From positions 2,914,001 through 2,978,000 of the forward strand of contig JBLDXI010000003.1 of NCBI GenBank assembly GCA_047495785.1: DNA of 64,000 nt. The letters run 5' to 3'. This DNA comes from Lepidodermella squamata (taxonomy: Eukaryota > Animalia > Gastrotricha). The notes under the pieces are model-generated. The model was not told where the DNA came from and ran no database searches. It worked only from the letters and a program-made list of their open reading frames with translations. Below, piece after piece: positions 13,059 through 25,704 of this stretch; positions within the stretch are counted from its first letter, which is position 1; each line of letters begins with the position of its first letter. The position numbers were made by a program, and so were the translations under genes.

Positions 13059-14023
13059 TGTTGAGGATGAGATGAAGATAAATTATTTGATTAGAAAATA
13101 CAAGCGAGAGAAAGCTGATGATTTTGAACAGAAATCTCACTGCCTTTATACCATGGCTCATCCCTAATTGCTGTCTCAATTTGAATTCGCATTCAGAATG
13201 ATGGGCGAACAATATACCCGCTGTCAATAATGATGTGAAAAAGTGACCGTCAAAATATGATTAATGCATCATATTTCTGGAACGATTTTTACTAGCTGTT
13301 AAATGACACAATAATTTCTGAATCCGTCAGTTTCAGACACGAATCGCTGCAATGAGACAAATAATAAACCTTGGAATCTTTCAGTAAAAATTCGCGGAAA
13401 TTTAACCATTGAAAAGCTCTTCGGATTACGGAGAATAAGCTGAGACAAATTTCATATGAATATAAAGTCAGGGATGAGGGAGTTCCCCTGTTCATGAGAC
13501 AATAATATTCTTTTTCATTTTTCATAAATGAGAGCAGGTTTAAATGATTTCATGCGAGTGGTGAAGGTTTCTAAAAATGAACCGAATAATTTTCGAGCTC
13601 GAATGCAAAACTAAAGAAGATTTCCGCTGCTGACACTGCAAGATTTGCATTAATTTGTCGACTGCACGTTCATCCTCCGCTGCATTTCATTACTTTTTCT
13701 CTCCATATCTGAAAATGAGTGAAATTTTATCGCAATATCCGAAGTTATCATCTCAAGCTCGAACCACGTGAATTTAGTCATCTTTTGAATCGAATTGCCT
13801 GAATTAAATGAGACATAATATTATGGCCTATAATTCTTGAATCCTCCCAAATTATATTCCAAAAGGCTAGCCTGGATTGAATTTATTATTCAACTGCGCC
13901 GTCGAATTTATTAAACCAATTAAATGTAACAATTAGATCATTGGCATCCATGGCCTTTAAAAGCCTTCTCCAAACTACGAATGGCATCATTTTGCGTTTG
14001 CTAATTGAATCGAAAAAGTTGCC

Positions 14024-16145
14024 ATGCGCTTAAATTATATAAACTTCATCGCTCTGCTAATTGCCGTTTCAGGTTTTATTTGATGGCTATATCAAAATTG
14101 ATTTTTTCCAATGATTTTTTCAGGCTTAGCCCGAGCGGATGATTTCCAAAGCGAGCATAACCAGGTGTTTGGAATTCAGCATCAATTCGACGATAACGGC
14201 TACCAGCACGAAGTTTCGCGCATGGTCGACCACTTTGCCGACTCGATCCCGGGCCAAGTTCATGCGCGATGCGACGCCAGCCTCCAACGCGAAGCTCATA
14301 CACACCAGACGGCGCCTATTCATCACGCCAACAACAACGATTGGTCGGCTCATCACGATATGAACACCGAAAAGAAGGTATCGTAAACTGAAGTGTACCG
14401 CCAATTCTTATTTCGTTCACCATTTTAAAGATCTCATATTTTTTATTAAAATAAAAATTTTCAATTTCGCAAATTTAATTTTTAAAATTTTAAAATTTTC
14501 CAAATTTCCAAATTTAATTTAATTTTTTAATTTTGAAAATTAACATTTTGAACTTATACAAATTATATACAATTATATAAAAATTTCAAATATTTTTAAA
14601 CAATTAAAATGGGTTGGAATTAATGGGTTAAAATTGGTTAAAATTAAAAAAATGGCTCAAAATTTTAAAATTAAAATTAAAAAATGGCTCAAATTATTTG
14701 CATCACAAAAATGTAGGTTCTCGGAATCCATTTTTTATTTTGGACCAAATAATTAATTTGAATGATTTTTTCAGCAAGTTAGCCGATCTGCTGCTATGGC
14801 GCCGAAGAAACCTGCCGCGCCGAAGAAACCGAAGCAAGAAAAACCGAAACGTCAGCGCGGTAGCATGTCGATGTCTTTCTCTAAATCAGGCGAAAAAATC
14901 GAGAAAAAGCCGGTCGAGAAGAAGCGCCACGCGAAACGTCACATCAAATCGGCGATGAGCAAATCGATGGAGAAGCCGCCGGTTCACAAGAATAAGAAAA
15001 AGCAGCCAGTGGCTGCTAAGAAGCGAAACTACTCCAAGTCGAAATCAGCCTCGCTGCAGCTGCCGAAGAAGATGAGCAAGAAAATGAAGAAGCTCATCCC
15101 GAAATTCCCGAGCTTTTCCATGTCGATGATGAAGTTCGATTCCAAGTCGCGCGAGGAGAAGAAGCCGGCGAAGAAAGCGGCGAAAAAGCCGGCGAAGAAA
15201 CACCAGCGCAGCTACTCCATGTCGCAATCGAAATCGGAAGATAAAATGCGCAAGCACTCGAAAAAGGCGAAAAATCCGAAGAAAAACCGGCCGGCGAAAA
15301 AGGTTCGAAGCCTTTCGGTCTCAATTTCGTACTCTGAAGATCGTAAGGCGAAAAAGCCGAAAACCAACAAGAAGCGCCGAGTCTCGAAATCCGAGGTCAA
15401 GAAGCCGAAATCGAAGAAAAACGCCAAGTCGAAATCACTCGAACGCCCGAAACGCCATGAAAAGAAGTCGGAATCTCGAGACAAAAAGCGGCGCCATCAT
15501 CGCGGTAAGAAGAACAAGCGCCGAAGCTACTCCGAGGCTGGTAATTCCGAGCCGCGGAAACGCAAGGGTTCGAAAAGCTCGCCGGAAATGAAGAAGAAAT
15601 CGCGAAAATCGACTTCGAAATCGGCCCCGAAAACGACTACGGCGAAACCAGTCCCGAAACCGGCTACTACGACCACAACCGCTGCCCCGAAAGTGCCGAA
15701 GAAGACCCGCGGCTCAGTTTCGATTTCGGTCTCTTTCTCCAAGGAGAAGAACAACAAGAAGCCGCGAAATGATAAGAAGAAGCCGAAGAAGAACAACCGT
15801 GGGAAAATTTCGATGAGTGTCTCGTACAGCAAGTCGTCGGAATCGAAGCCATGCGATAAGCCGACCACAGTCCGAGTTGTCCCGACTACTACAACTCCCG
15901 TTCCTACTACGACTACTACAACCCGAAAGCTGCCTGTAACCGAAAAGTGCGACGCCTCTAAATCGAAGTCGAAGTCTTACTCGAAGTCTGAGATGCCGCG
16001 GAAAAATCGGAAAAATTCGATCAAGAAGGGTGGCAAGAAGGGCGGTAAGAAGCACCGCCGTTCGATGAAGAGCAGCAGTGGCGGCTCGTCGGCTGGTAAA
16101 GACCGTCGCCGTCGCGACAAGCGCCACCGCACTCGTAAAGATTGA
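14024..16145 (+). CDS. Family E: secreted Lys/Ser-rich protein with His/Asp-rich N-domain, multiple (SX)n blocks and Thr/Pro stretches (557 aa; exons 14024-14072, 14124-14377, 14775-16145)
   Basis: Signal exon MRLNYINFIALLIAVS + phase-1 intron; exon 2 GLARADDFQSEHNQ...TEKK; phase-0 intron to TTTTCAG; exon 3 QVSRSAA joins in frame with ORF 14796-16145. Confidence 0.82.
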
Positions 16146-17337
16146 AAAACTTTGAAAAATTATTGATAATTTTGGCGATAAGTTATTCGTTAAACTATTA
16201 TTTGAAGCAATGAAATGAATAAAAAATTAATTATTTTCGGTATTTCTGCCTCTTTTTTATCTCAATCACCGGCAATTTTTACCCACTGCTGCAATTGACG
16301 CCGAGATAAATCAAGGGCGAATTAAAAAACAAAATATATTTTTAAACCGATTTTGAAAATGAAGACGGCTTGCAAAAAAAATCGGATGAATTCATCCAGT
16401 GATGAATCATTGCAAATTCCAAACACTATTCCGAACCCTTGCGAAGCTGGGAAACCATTGCAAACTATGGAAAAGCTGATGTAGTAAACATAGAAAAAAA
16501 GATGATTCAAATCTTTATGTGCTCCGTATTTAATGAACGATTTTGAAAAATTCCAATAAACTCATAGAAATGCGCCAGGTTCGCGTAAACTTCAAATTGT
16601 CGCCGAGTTTTTACTTTTTGAGTGAACTTCGAGATTAGAGGTGATCGGGCAAAGCTTGAATTTCTCGTAAGCCCGATAGCCATATAGATCCAATGCTATG
16701 GGCCTTACGTTTAGCGGAACCCGGAACCAAGTTTGACCGGATACGGAAACCAAATTTTTATATAATTAATCCACCGAAAACCGAAAACTGCTTTTTTCTG
16801 AGTTTGCTTGAATTTTAAGATCAATGAAAGAAATGAAACTAAATTATGATGAAATGTTCGGTGATTTTCTGTGCAAGGCCTGGCCATCACCTTCAGAACG
16901 CGACAGTCTTGATCTTACAAAATTATTCGAAAATTGCATCTTTCTGGTAAAACAGTTTGCCATCAAAGTCTATGAAGCTTCTTCCGGGAATTTGCAACTC
17001 AAGAGGCAAGCGAACTTTAGCCGTTGGCTTCTTCAGTTTTTGTTCTAGAAATGCTTCAAAATGTCCCGAAAATTTCCTCCTGACTCGGCAACAACACTGT
17101 CCGGATCGGCAGATTCTAGCACTTTGTATTAATTATTTTTGATATTGTGGATTAATGAAACTATGCTGATTGCTGATGCGTAGCTGCCTTTCACAACAAC
17201 GCAATGATTTCTTGGTTAATTGCGATAGACTCGCGATAGACTCGCGATAGACTATAAAACCAGTCAAAAATTCTCTAGTAAATCATCAGCTGCTTTTCTT
17301 TTCTTTTCTTGTATTGCATTTCAAAATCTGTTCCAAA

Positions 17338-18131
17338 ATGCGCGTCTGTCTCGCTATCGCCGCTCTCGCCCTCATTTGCATCGGTAAGAAATCGGGTCAA
17401 GTAATAATCAAGGTCAACCTTTTTATTCTCCATCAGCTTATGCCGATGCGACGGTTTACAAGTTCGAGTCGAAAGAGCTGAACCGCCGCTACTCGAAGAA
17501 GACCAGCCTCTCGGTTAGCCGATCGTACGAAAACAACGCAGGTTTCGCCAAGAAGGGTGGCTACGCCCCGAAGAAGCGCCACGGTGGCAAGAAGTTCGGC
17601 CGCAAGATGAACAAGCGCCGCGGATCCTTCTCCAAGTCGGTGTCCAAGTCTGTTTCCTACTCGCGGTCCGCCTCGTTCTCCGGCAACCGCAAGAACAAGC
17701 GATTCGGTGGTCGCAAGTTCGGCAAGCACGGCAAGAACAAGTCGGTCTCCAAGTCTGTTTCTTTCTCCAGGTCTGCCTCGTTCTCGGGTGCTCGTCATGG
17801 AAAGCGCAACAACCGATTCGGTGCTCGCAAATACGGCAAGCACGGCAAGAAGGGCGGCAAGTGGGGCCACAACTTTGGCAACAACTACGGCCACAATTTC
17901 CGCAACAAATGGGGCCACAAGTTCGGAAACAACTACGGCCACAACTTTGGAAACGAGTACGGTCACAATTTCGGAAATGACTACGGCCACAACTTTGGAA
18001 ACGAATACGGCCACAAGTTCGGAAACAAATATGGCCATAATTTCGGAAACAAGTGGGGCCACAATTTCGGCGGTCACAAGGCCAACAAGGGCTCGTACTC
18101 CGTCAGCAAGTCCGTCAGCGTCTCCAACTAA
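17338..18131 (+). CDS. Family A' secreted cationic protein with GHNFGNx(Y/W) octapeptide repeats, copy 1 (246 aa; exons 17338-17383, 17437-18131)
   Basis: Signal exon MRVCLAIAALALICI, 53-nt intron; exon 2 shares the KMNKRRGSFSKSVSKSVSYSRSASFSG core and C-terminus with family A, plus 9 GH-started repeats. Confidence 0.88.
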
Positions 18132-18420
18132 AAATGCGTCGAATGAAAACAATTTTGAAATTCGAAAATATTTTTATGAATGAATTTCTAAAAATAAATT
18201 ATGCAGTAAATAATTTTTATTTTTCGCCGAGAAATAAAAATCAGTATAAAATATGGATAAATTGAACTCACTAGCTTGATAGGTTTCAATAAGAAAATGG
18301 TCATAAATTTTCGATTTCACCTTTAAAAAAATCATCGAAGCTTGGAAAAGTTGGATATTGAGTCAGCGAATTGCTTAATATAAGTTAAGTTAGGATGAAT
18401 TGTGAACATCTTCGGTTTAC

Positions 18421-18858
18421 TCAAGTCGAAGGCTCAGGAGTAGCGAAACTGGGTGCGATTTCGTTCATCTGGTCCTGGGTCAGAATTTTCGCAGCCGTTA
18501 TCTCTTGGAAATATCTTTGCATCGCACTTTCAACAGCGCTTTTTCGGTTGGCCCAGCCGCGAGACTCGGTAGTATGACCCGGCCATAGTTTCGGGCAGGT
18601 GAACTGACCGTCCCAGACCCATTGAAAGGTTCTAATCCTTCCCTTGTAACTGGCCGTGCAGTCGTAGGATCCAATCTTGTACGACTGTCCGTCTGACCAC
18701 TGGTGCAGGTTGTACACAGCAGTTCCTAATCCGATCCCACATTGGACCCAGTTTTGTTGAATACACGCAGTAAGGTCGACATTGGCCGAACCAGCCTGGG
18801 CCGAACACACCGCAGCGCAAATTGATAGAACACAGGCAATCGCGAGGATAGAATGCAT
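18421..18858 (-). CDS. ALF: ALF-like secreted protein, copy 2 (145 aa, intronless)
   Basis: Signal peptide MHSILAIACVLSICAAVCSA; CIQQNWVQC; LHQWSDG; C-TASYKGRIRTFQWVWDGQFT-C-PKLW (C-x20-C); C-terminal helices. Confidence 0.78.
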   Translation of the reverse strand: MHSILAIACVLSICAAVCSAQAGSANVDLTACIQQNWVQCGIGLGTAVYNLHQWSDGQSYKIGSYDCTASYKGRIRTFQWVWDGQFTCPKLWPGHTTESRGWANRKSAVESAMQRYFQEITAAKILTQDQMNEIAPSFATPEPST

Positions 18859-19753
18859 CGTCACGTAAAAAATGAGTTGAAAGGTAAATTTTGACCAACA
18901 ACGGCTGGATTTGAGTAGTTTACATGAATATAGGCTGAGGTAAGCATCAACAGCATCAGCCTCCGCAGTAATCACCACACCATGTCAGGTGTATGTTACC
19001 ATGTATAGCAGTGGGGAGAATTATAAATCTTGATCTTATTAAACAACAATTTTTTTGCCTCAACAAGCTTCCGCATTGACGATTTCCAGTTTGTATTTTC
19101 TTTATATATGCGTGTACTCCTCTTTTCAGTGATACTATATCATTTCTCAACCTGGAATGAGAATAACGTAGCAATAGCCAAGAAAATTGATGAGAATTGT
19201 CAACTCTGATCTTCAAATCTATTGGTCAATGCTAGCCATTGCTGGAGATTTCGGATTGTATCGGATTGTAATAAATTCTGAAATTAGTTAGCGAATTCAA
19301 AAAGTTAAAATTCGAAGATCCTCATTAATTTGAAAAAGCACACTATACCCAAAATAAGCTTCCATACTCGCGATTTTCAGATTATCAACGACCTGATAAT
19401 GCCAATAAATCATTGAGATCCACGGCTGATGCTTGACTCCCGAAAAACCCTGCGAAATATCGGTGTGAATTTATGAATTTGTGACCTCGGTTAACATGGA
19501 GATCTTTTGTTTTCCATTGTCGAGTAATGGGCTTGGAAATGGAAGTCTTGGAAAAAATAATTGATGCGAATTGGGCTGATCGCATGGAAAACTTGATTTT
19601 TTTCTAATTGGAGCAATTAGCGCCATATTATTAGCGCAATAAGAACAGTGATGTATAAAAGCGGCGAGTTTAGTTCAAACATCATCAGCCATTCATCCAA
19701 GCGATTTTCAATAAATCTAACATATTTTCCCAGTCTCACTCTCCTCTAAAACA

Positions 19754-20249
19754 ATGCGCGCTTTCCTCGCAATTGCCGTTGTCGTCCTGCTCGGACTTGG
19801 TAATCTAGTTTCCGAATCGATGTCGCCATCATTCCATTATTTCCATTATTTCAGCTTACTCCGAGGCTAAGGTATGGAATGTCGAGTCGAAGGAAATGCA
19901 CCGGCACTACGAGAAGAAGGTGAGCACCTCGGCGAGCCGCTCCTTCGAGAACAAGAGGGCTTTCCGCAAGGGACGTGCCTTCCCGATGAAGAAGCGCCAC
20001 GGCAAGAAGATGAACAAGCGCCGCGGATCCTTCTCCAAGTCGGTCTCCAAGTCTGTTTCCTACTCGCGGTCCGCCTCCTTCTCCGGCAACCGCAAGAACA
20101 AGCGATTCGGTGGTCGCAAGTTCGGCAAGCACGGCAAGAACTTCGGCTACGGCCGCAAGGGCGGCAAGTTCGGACACGGCAAGTTCGGCGGTCGCAATGC
20201 CAACAAGGGCTCGTACTCCTTCAGCAAGTCAGTCAGCGTCTCCAACTAG
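19754..20249 (+). CDS. Family A secreted cationic protein, copy 3 (146 aa; exons 19754-19799, 19855-20249)
   Basis: Same structure; TATAAAA at ~19664 and ATCATCAGCC at 19681. Confidence 0.9.
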
Positions 20250-20740
20250 AGACATTTCGTAAAGGTCATTTTGATAAATGTTGAAATCTTGAATAATTTA
20301 TTCGAATAATAAATAAATTGATAATATGCCACGTTGTTGATCTGTTTAATTTAATTTAATTTCGGAAAGGCCTCAATTAAGTCATTAAGATGTAAGACGT
20401 GCATTTCAAGGATAACAATATGGTATAGTTATGAAAAAAGAAAAAGAAATTCGATGTAACGAATCATGGTATGAAGGCTCTTTTTCGAGGTGTAACTGTT
20501 GGGGCCCGAGCGCGAAACGTGCCCGAACGCGCCCCAACAGTATCACATATTTTTTAAATCACAGTCACTCCATTCCTGATTCTTGCGCCATGTTGAATGT
20601 TTATTTCAAAAATATAACACATATCCAATTAATCCTTATATCCAAGCAAAGCCTGGTTTTTATTTTACCTCAAAATGTGTATAGGTAAAATGAAATTCGC
20701 AGAGATAATCAATGTTGCAGTAAATGTTCTTGTTTTCGAG

Positions 20741-23700
20741 TTAATCCACAGTTTGACACAGCATTGCACCATTAGGACTACAATTAGCGGTGACAAAGTA
20801 ACCATTTTCTTCATGAATACCTATTTCGTAATTGCAAGAGAGAAAATAATAATCGTGACGTGGGTTCCAAAATGTATCATCAATCTTACATTGCTTATCG
20901 GATGAAAGCGTCGTGTCAGCCCATTCAATAGGCGCAGTGCGGTTGACCATGAACGTCTCGCCCGTAACCCAAATAAACGAGTCGTAGATTGTTCGTTTAC
21001 CGCCAATAAAGACTGCGTACAACCTCTGCTGTTGAAGGTATGCCCTCATTGCTGCTATATCCGCTTCATTATTCAAAAAGGCAAGCTGCATGCCCATCCC
21101 AGCGCAAAATTCGGCTTGCTGCGTGAAATTTCCATTGAAATTTCCGGTAACGTAAGTAAACGGCTTCAAAACAGCAGAACATATAGCGTCATATATTATA
21201 CAAATTAACTCTTCGGATAATTCCTGTCAATCATTTCAGGTGAATTTCTTACCTTAGTTTTACTTTGACACACGCCTGTTTGGTAACTGTAGCTGCAGCT
21301 CTGGGCTCCGATGTTAGCTATGGTTACAATAAGACCTCGGAATCGAGATTCAATATGAAGTATGAAGTATGAAATGAAATAAGGGCGAAAAACTTACAAT
21401 CGTCTGATCCCAACGGGCCTGCAGTCCCCCATGATGGACTGAACATGTCAACAATCGAATCGTCCAGCATCCATCTGAACGCTGCAAAGGCGCCGAGAGC
21501 TCCAAAGTAATTGCGATACTAAAAATGACAAAAATTCAATCTTATACCTAGTGCTCATTTCCAGACCCCTTCGCCCCTTAGAACCACGAAATCAAAATTG
21601 CGGAATACATCATATTTACTTTATCGCTAGCCTGCTTGGCTGCTCGATAGTCGGACATATCTTGTTGAGTCCTCAGGACAGGGGCCCGTTTGCCAATCGA
21701 TCGACAGTAATTCACCACTTTTCGATTCGAGTTAATACCAAGCACGACGAAGCGTGCTGACAACATAAAAATAATTGAAAATTTTTGAAAAACAATTATT
21801 CCAATCGAATGCAAGAATTTCATCTAACTGATCTCACCTTTTTCACATTGTGCACCGTAAAAATTGGCAGGGCAAGAGCATTTCCGGGTGTTGTTGTCAT
21901 ATGTGCCATTATTTGTGCAATTTTTAGCCTGGAATAAATCCCGAAAATTTCAAAGCAATGCAAGCTTAAGGAGTGCGCACATACTCGTCATGTAATTTTT
22001 TTTGCTAATAAGCAATAAGTTTTTTTTGCGGGTCGTATGTGTTTGCAGAAAGAAATCGCATACACCCGCCAGCTCACAAACTGATTTCTTTTTTCCTCGT
22101 ATGTAATTTCTGATCAAAGAAGCCACTGAAAAAAATGGCCAACTTTGACGGGGCTCGAACCCTGTCCGCCTGTTGAACAGGCCAGTATAATAGCAACTGC
22201 ACCATGTTGCCATCACATTTTTTTATTACTCTAAACTGGCCGATAATTGGCTGCTAAAGCCATTCGTGTTTTCTGGGTCAAACGCGGGCATGAGTCATGA
22301 TATTTGACCTAATTGCTGGCAAGCATCAGGGCATTTTTTGCCTTAAAACCTAATTTATAGGTCACACATTAAGCTTGACGGCTTAGCCAAGTCGATATAA
22401 TTATCGATGTTTGTGAGAGCGTCAAGGGTTCGTCTCAACGTGCCGCCATCGCTTTTTTCGACGACTTGACGGAGCAAAAAGAAATTACATACGAGGAAAA
22501 AAGAAATCAGTTTGTGAGCTGGCGGGTGTATGCGATTCGCTGTGTGCGTATGTTTTTCCTCGTATGCGTAAGAAAAAAAATAGAAACGAGTTTGTGCGAG
22601 AACCTTTAAAGTACGAAAATCACCTGTGCCAATTCATTCATGCAATTTCGATGATTTTCAGCGAAAACTCGAGTTGCAGAAACTATTGCGACCTGTTTTC
22701 ATGAAGAAAATGATAAACTTTTCAATACGAATAGAACCTTTCACCTGGGTCCAGCCACTTGGGCACATATCGTAGCAACCTTCGCCTGTAGCAGATGAGC
22801 ATCGAACAGCGTACTGCGAGAGAAATAACTCAAATAAATCATATTGCAAGAGCTAATCCGATGACGTACCCATTTTAGGCAAGATTCTTTGTTAATGTAG
22901 ACACTTCGCGAGAAGGTGGACGTTTCATTTGCAAGACACCCTGTGGCTTTGGGCCGGCAATCCGTGAAGGCGAACGAAGTCGAGTCGAAACAACGGATTT
23001 GTGGCTTCTCTTCGTCAGGAACCTTCACTGTAACGAAAAATAGATGTCGACGGTTCCCTCGCTTGAAAATTCAATTACAAATGCCATTTGCACAAGCAGC
23101 AAGGTTGGCGTGACGTCGATTGAAGGTCTGAGGAAATTGAAATGACTGAAGTTCGCGAGGTTCCCTTTTCCAAAAAACTCACGCTTCCAGCTGGGCAAGT
23201 GATGTTAACTGGCACGCATGTAAATAGCTGGCCGGATGATAGGCAGCTGTCGAACTGACGGTTCTAAAAGGGAAATTTCGCATGGAATACGCTTATGCTT
23301 GGAAACTATCAAGAGTTACAGCAAAGTTAGCAAGTGCGTTGTTGCACTCGGCCAGATTAGCCGCCGTAGTGCCTCTCCAATTTATGTTGGGTGGAATCTG
23401 GGAACAATATTAGTAAATTCCATTAACACTTTAACTGCCAAAAATAGACTGCGATGTCCGATATTTGGGTCTAATTCCTGGGTCTCTCAAAAAGTCATTT
23501 CTTTTGGGTCAACGATGTGTCGAGGGGCAAAATGCCTGACGGCAAAGTGTAGGCCATGACCTGGCGGTTCTTTTGACACCAAATTTAGGGCCAAAGACAT
23601 CAAGGAACGCACAGAAATCAAACTTGAAAAACAGTGAAATTTCGATTGTTGCGCCATAATCTGGGTCTAATAATTAGGTCCAATTCTTGGGTCTGATTTT

Positions 23701-25704
23701 TGGCTCTAATCCAAATTTCGACGTTATTTCACTGTCATTTTCAATGACCTGCTCAGACCTTGTGGCCCCGAATTCGGTGTCAAAAGAACCGCCAGGTCAT
23801 GGCCTACACTTTGCCGTCAGGCATTTTGTCCCTCGACACATCGTTGACCCAAAAGAAATGACTTTTTGAGAGACCCAGGAATTAGACCCAAATATCGGAC
23901 ATCGCAGTCTATTTTTGGCAGTTAAAGTGTTAAATATTATGATACTTACAACGATTTCGTTAGACTTGCAGCCAATTCCACCAGGTTGGCAGCGGGGCGT
24001 CAATGCCGCAAATTTGTAACAAATTCGGCCCGTCTGAAAGGAAAAGAGGAAAAATTTGCGAATTTGTTCGAGAAAATATGACTTTTCCATTTTTTAAGAT
24101 ATATCAATGAGCCCCAAATGACATGAATTTGCGTAAAATACAAGGACATAGCGAAGTATTGAATCGGATAAGGAAACTAACCCCAGCGTTTGCACAATCC
24201 GTCCACTCGAAAGATCCGCCAAGCTGTTGAGGTTATATAGGCAAATGGAATTATCTGATTATTCAGTTGTGCTGTCTAACCGACCTGATACAGTGCTCCC
24301 TCGATTAGTGCACAGGCTCGGGGCTGTGGGTCGTGCACTTATCTAGGGTTGCAGCTAAAGAGGGCTGTTAAAGAGCTAGGGATGAATCATAAGTGTGTAG
24401 CTACGTTTTTTTCTCAGTTGCTAAGGAGACGTTGTTTTTAGTGGTTAGCCATATCTGAAACCAAGCCCGAGATATTTTTTAAGAATCCGCAATTTTTTTC
24501 CTAAAAGCATCTGTTGCCAGTAATGAATTGAAAATGATCGTTCGTCCACTATTAGGATCATTTGGATCATGTTTCGGATCAATGGCCTTTGGCCTTTTGG
24601 AGCAAGTATGGTAATTAGGTGGCTTTTCTCATGATTGTCAATACCGAAATTATTTTTTAAAAGGGGCTGGTAGTTATTATCATGTCAAAATTTAAAGTAG
24701 AATGAGTGCTCGAATAAATTCCAGATTTCTGGAATTTTTGCACTAATGAAATTGTGTGCCTATTTTTTCAACAGTAGCAAAAATCTAAGCATCTGCGATA
24801 ATGAACTATTTTACAATATATAACTTATTACTGATTTAGCCACATTTTACCGGGATGAGCTAGCTAGGTTAAGTTCAAATTTCCCTTCTATCAACGAGCT
24901 TTTCTGTTGAAGTATTTGTTAAACGAATTCAAGATTACAAGGGCTTAAAAATCAATCAATTTATCTTCACGCTGAACAGCCATCGTAAATCACTCTAATT
25001 TGCCAAGTCATTAAATCATCCACTATCCAGCGTTCCATCAATGAGATTATAGTAGTTGTGAATGAAAAAAAATCACGAATATGTCAGACGCGTGCACACT
25101 ACCAATCGCACTCTCATTGATCTGAGATAAAAAACGTTGATCTGTAAAGATCGAGAGATCACGTCGCCTACAATTGCTGGGTTAATAATTTGGCATGTGA
25201 AAAGTTTATCGCCTTCAGCTAATTCCAGCTAATTTAGGCCGGCCTTTATCAATGGGATAATCTTCCTTATTAGAGAGCAAAAATTATTCGAAAAGCAACA
25301 AATTAGCTGCTGAAATTCCCCGCGTCGATCCAAGCTTAACCGGCACCGCCTTTTCATTGCTAAAAAAGGTGTGGCTCAGCCAGCGTTGCTAATGAAGCTA
25401 TTTTCTTCAACTTTAATAAATTTAATTTTGTAAATAATTTTTTCTTTCACTAATAAAAAATATTTAATTACCAAATTTGAGGGGGCTGTAAAAGTGTGGC
25501 AGATAACGAGGGAATTGTACATAGCCAGGGTGCACTTAGCGAGGGAGCACTGTACTCCACTAGCAAGCGATTGCAGCCACCCTGAGCTTCGTCTTTGCAT
25601 GCTATAAACGTGTTGTCGAATATCGAGAAGCATCGAACCCAACCGCATTCGACATCTTTGAATGTAATAAATAAAATAGCGATAAAATTCAGCAAATTCC
25701 GCAT
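20741..25704 (-). CDS. Multi-exon secreted Cys-rich protein with an EGF-like module and two C-type-lectin-like domains (exon boundaries approximate; 5' exon uncertain)
   Basis: 3' exons read AEFCAGMGMQLA..VFIGG..FIWVTG..W..KQC^IHEENG..ANC..MLCQ (CTLD; 69-nt intron 20889-20821). Upstream exons FRWMLDDS..W..P..DC^LIV..SCSY..VCQ (second CTLD) and CTNNGTYD...CSCPANFYGAQCE (EGF, ~21838-21928). Further Cys-rich exons lie at 22.6-24.2 kb. A candidate signal exon MRNLLNFIAILFITFKDVECG begins at 25704. Confidence 0.55.
21970..22604. mobile_element. TTAA-flanked inverted-repeat element containing a tRNA-like segment (~22137-22210, minus strand)
   Basis: ~58-bp internal inverted repeat 22054-22110 / 22480-22537; degenerate terminal repeats next to TTAA; minus strand has TGGTGCAGTTG...GGTTCGAGCCC A/B-box-like motifs. 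Confidence 0.5.
23427..23929. mobile_element. piggyBac-type MITE with ~160-bp TIRs in lectin gene intron
   Basis: TTAA|CACTTTAACTGCCAAAAATAG...CTATTTTTGGCAGTTAAAGTG|TTAA; near-perfect long inverted repeats. Confidence 0.85.

Noticed and set aside
14796-16145. Histone H1/protamine-like or SR-protein annotation for the Lys/Ser-rich ORFs
   Set aside because: No globular H1 or RRM domain, and upstream exons supply a signal peptide in frame.
22137-22210. tRNA gene
   Set aside because: Only A/B-box-like motifs; no convincing cloverleaf; lies inside an inverted-repeat element.
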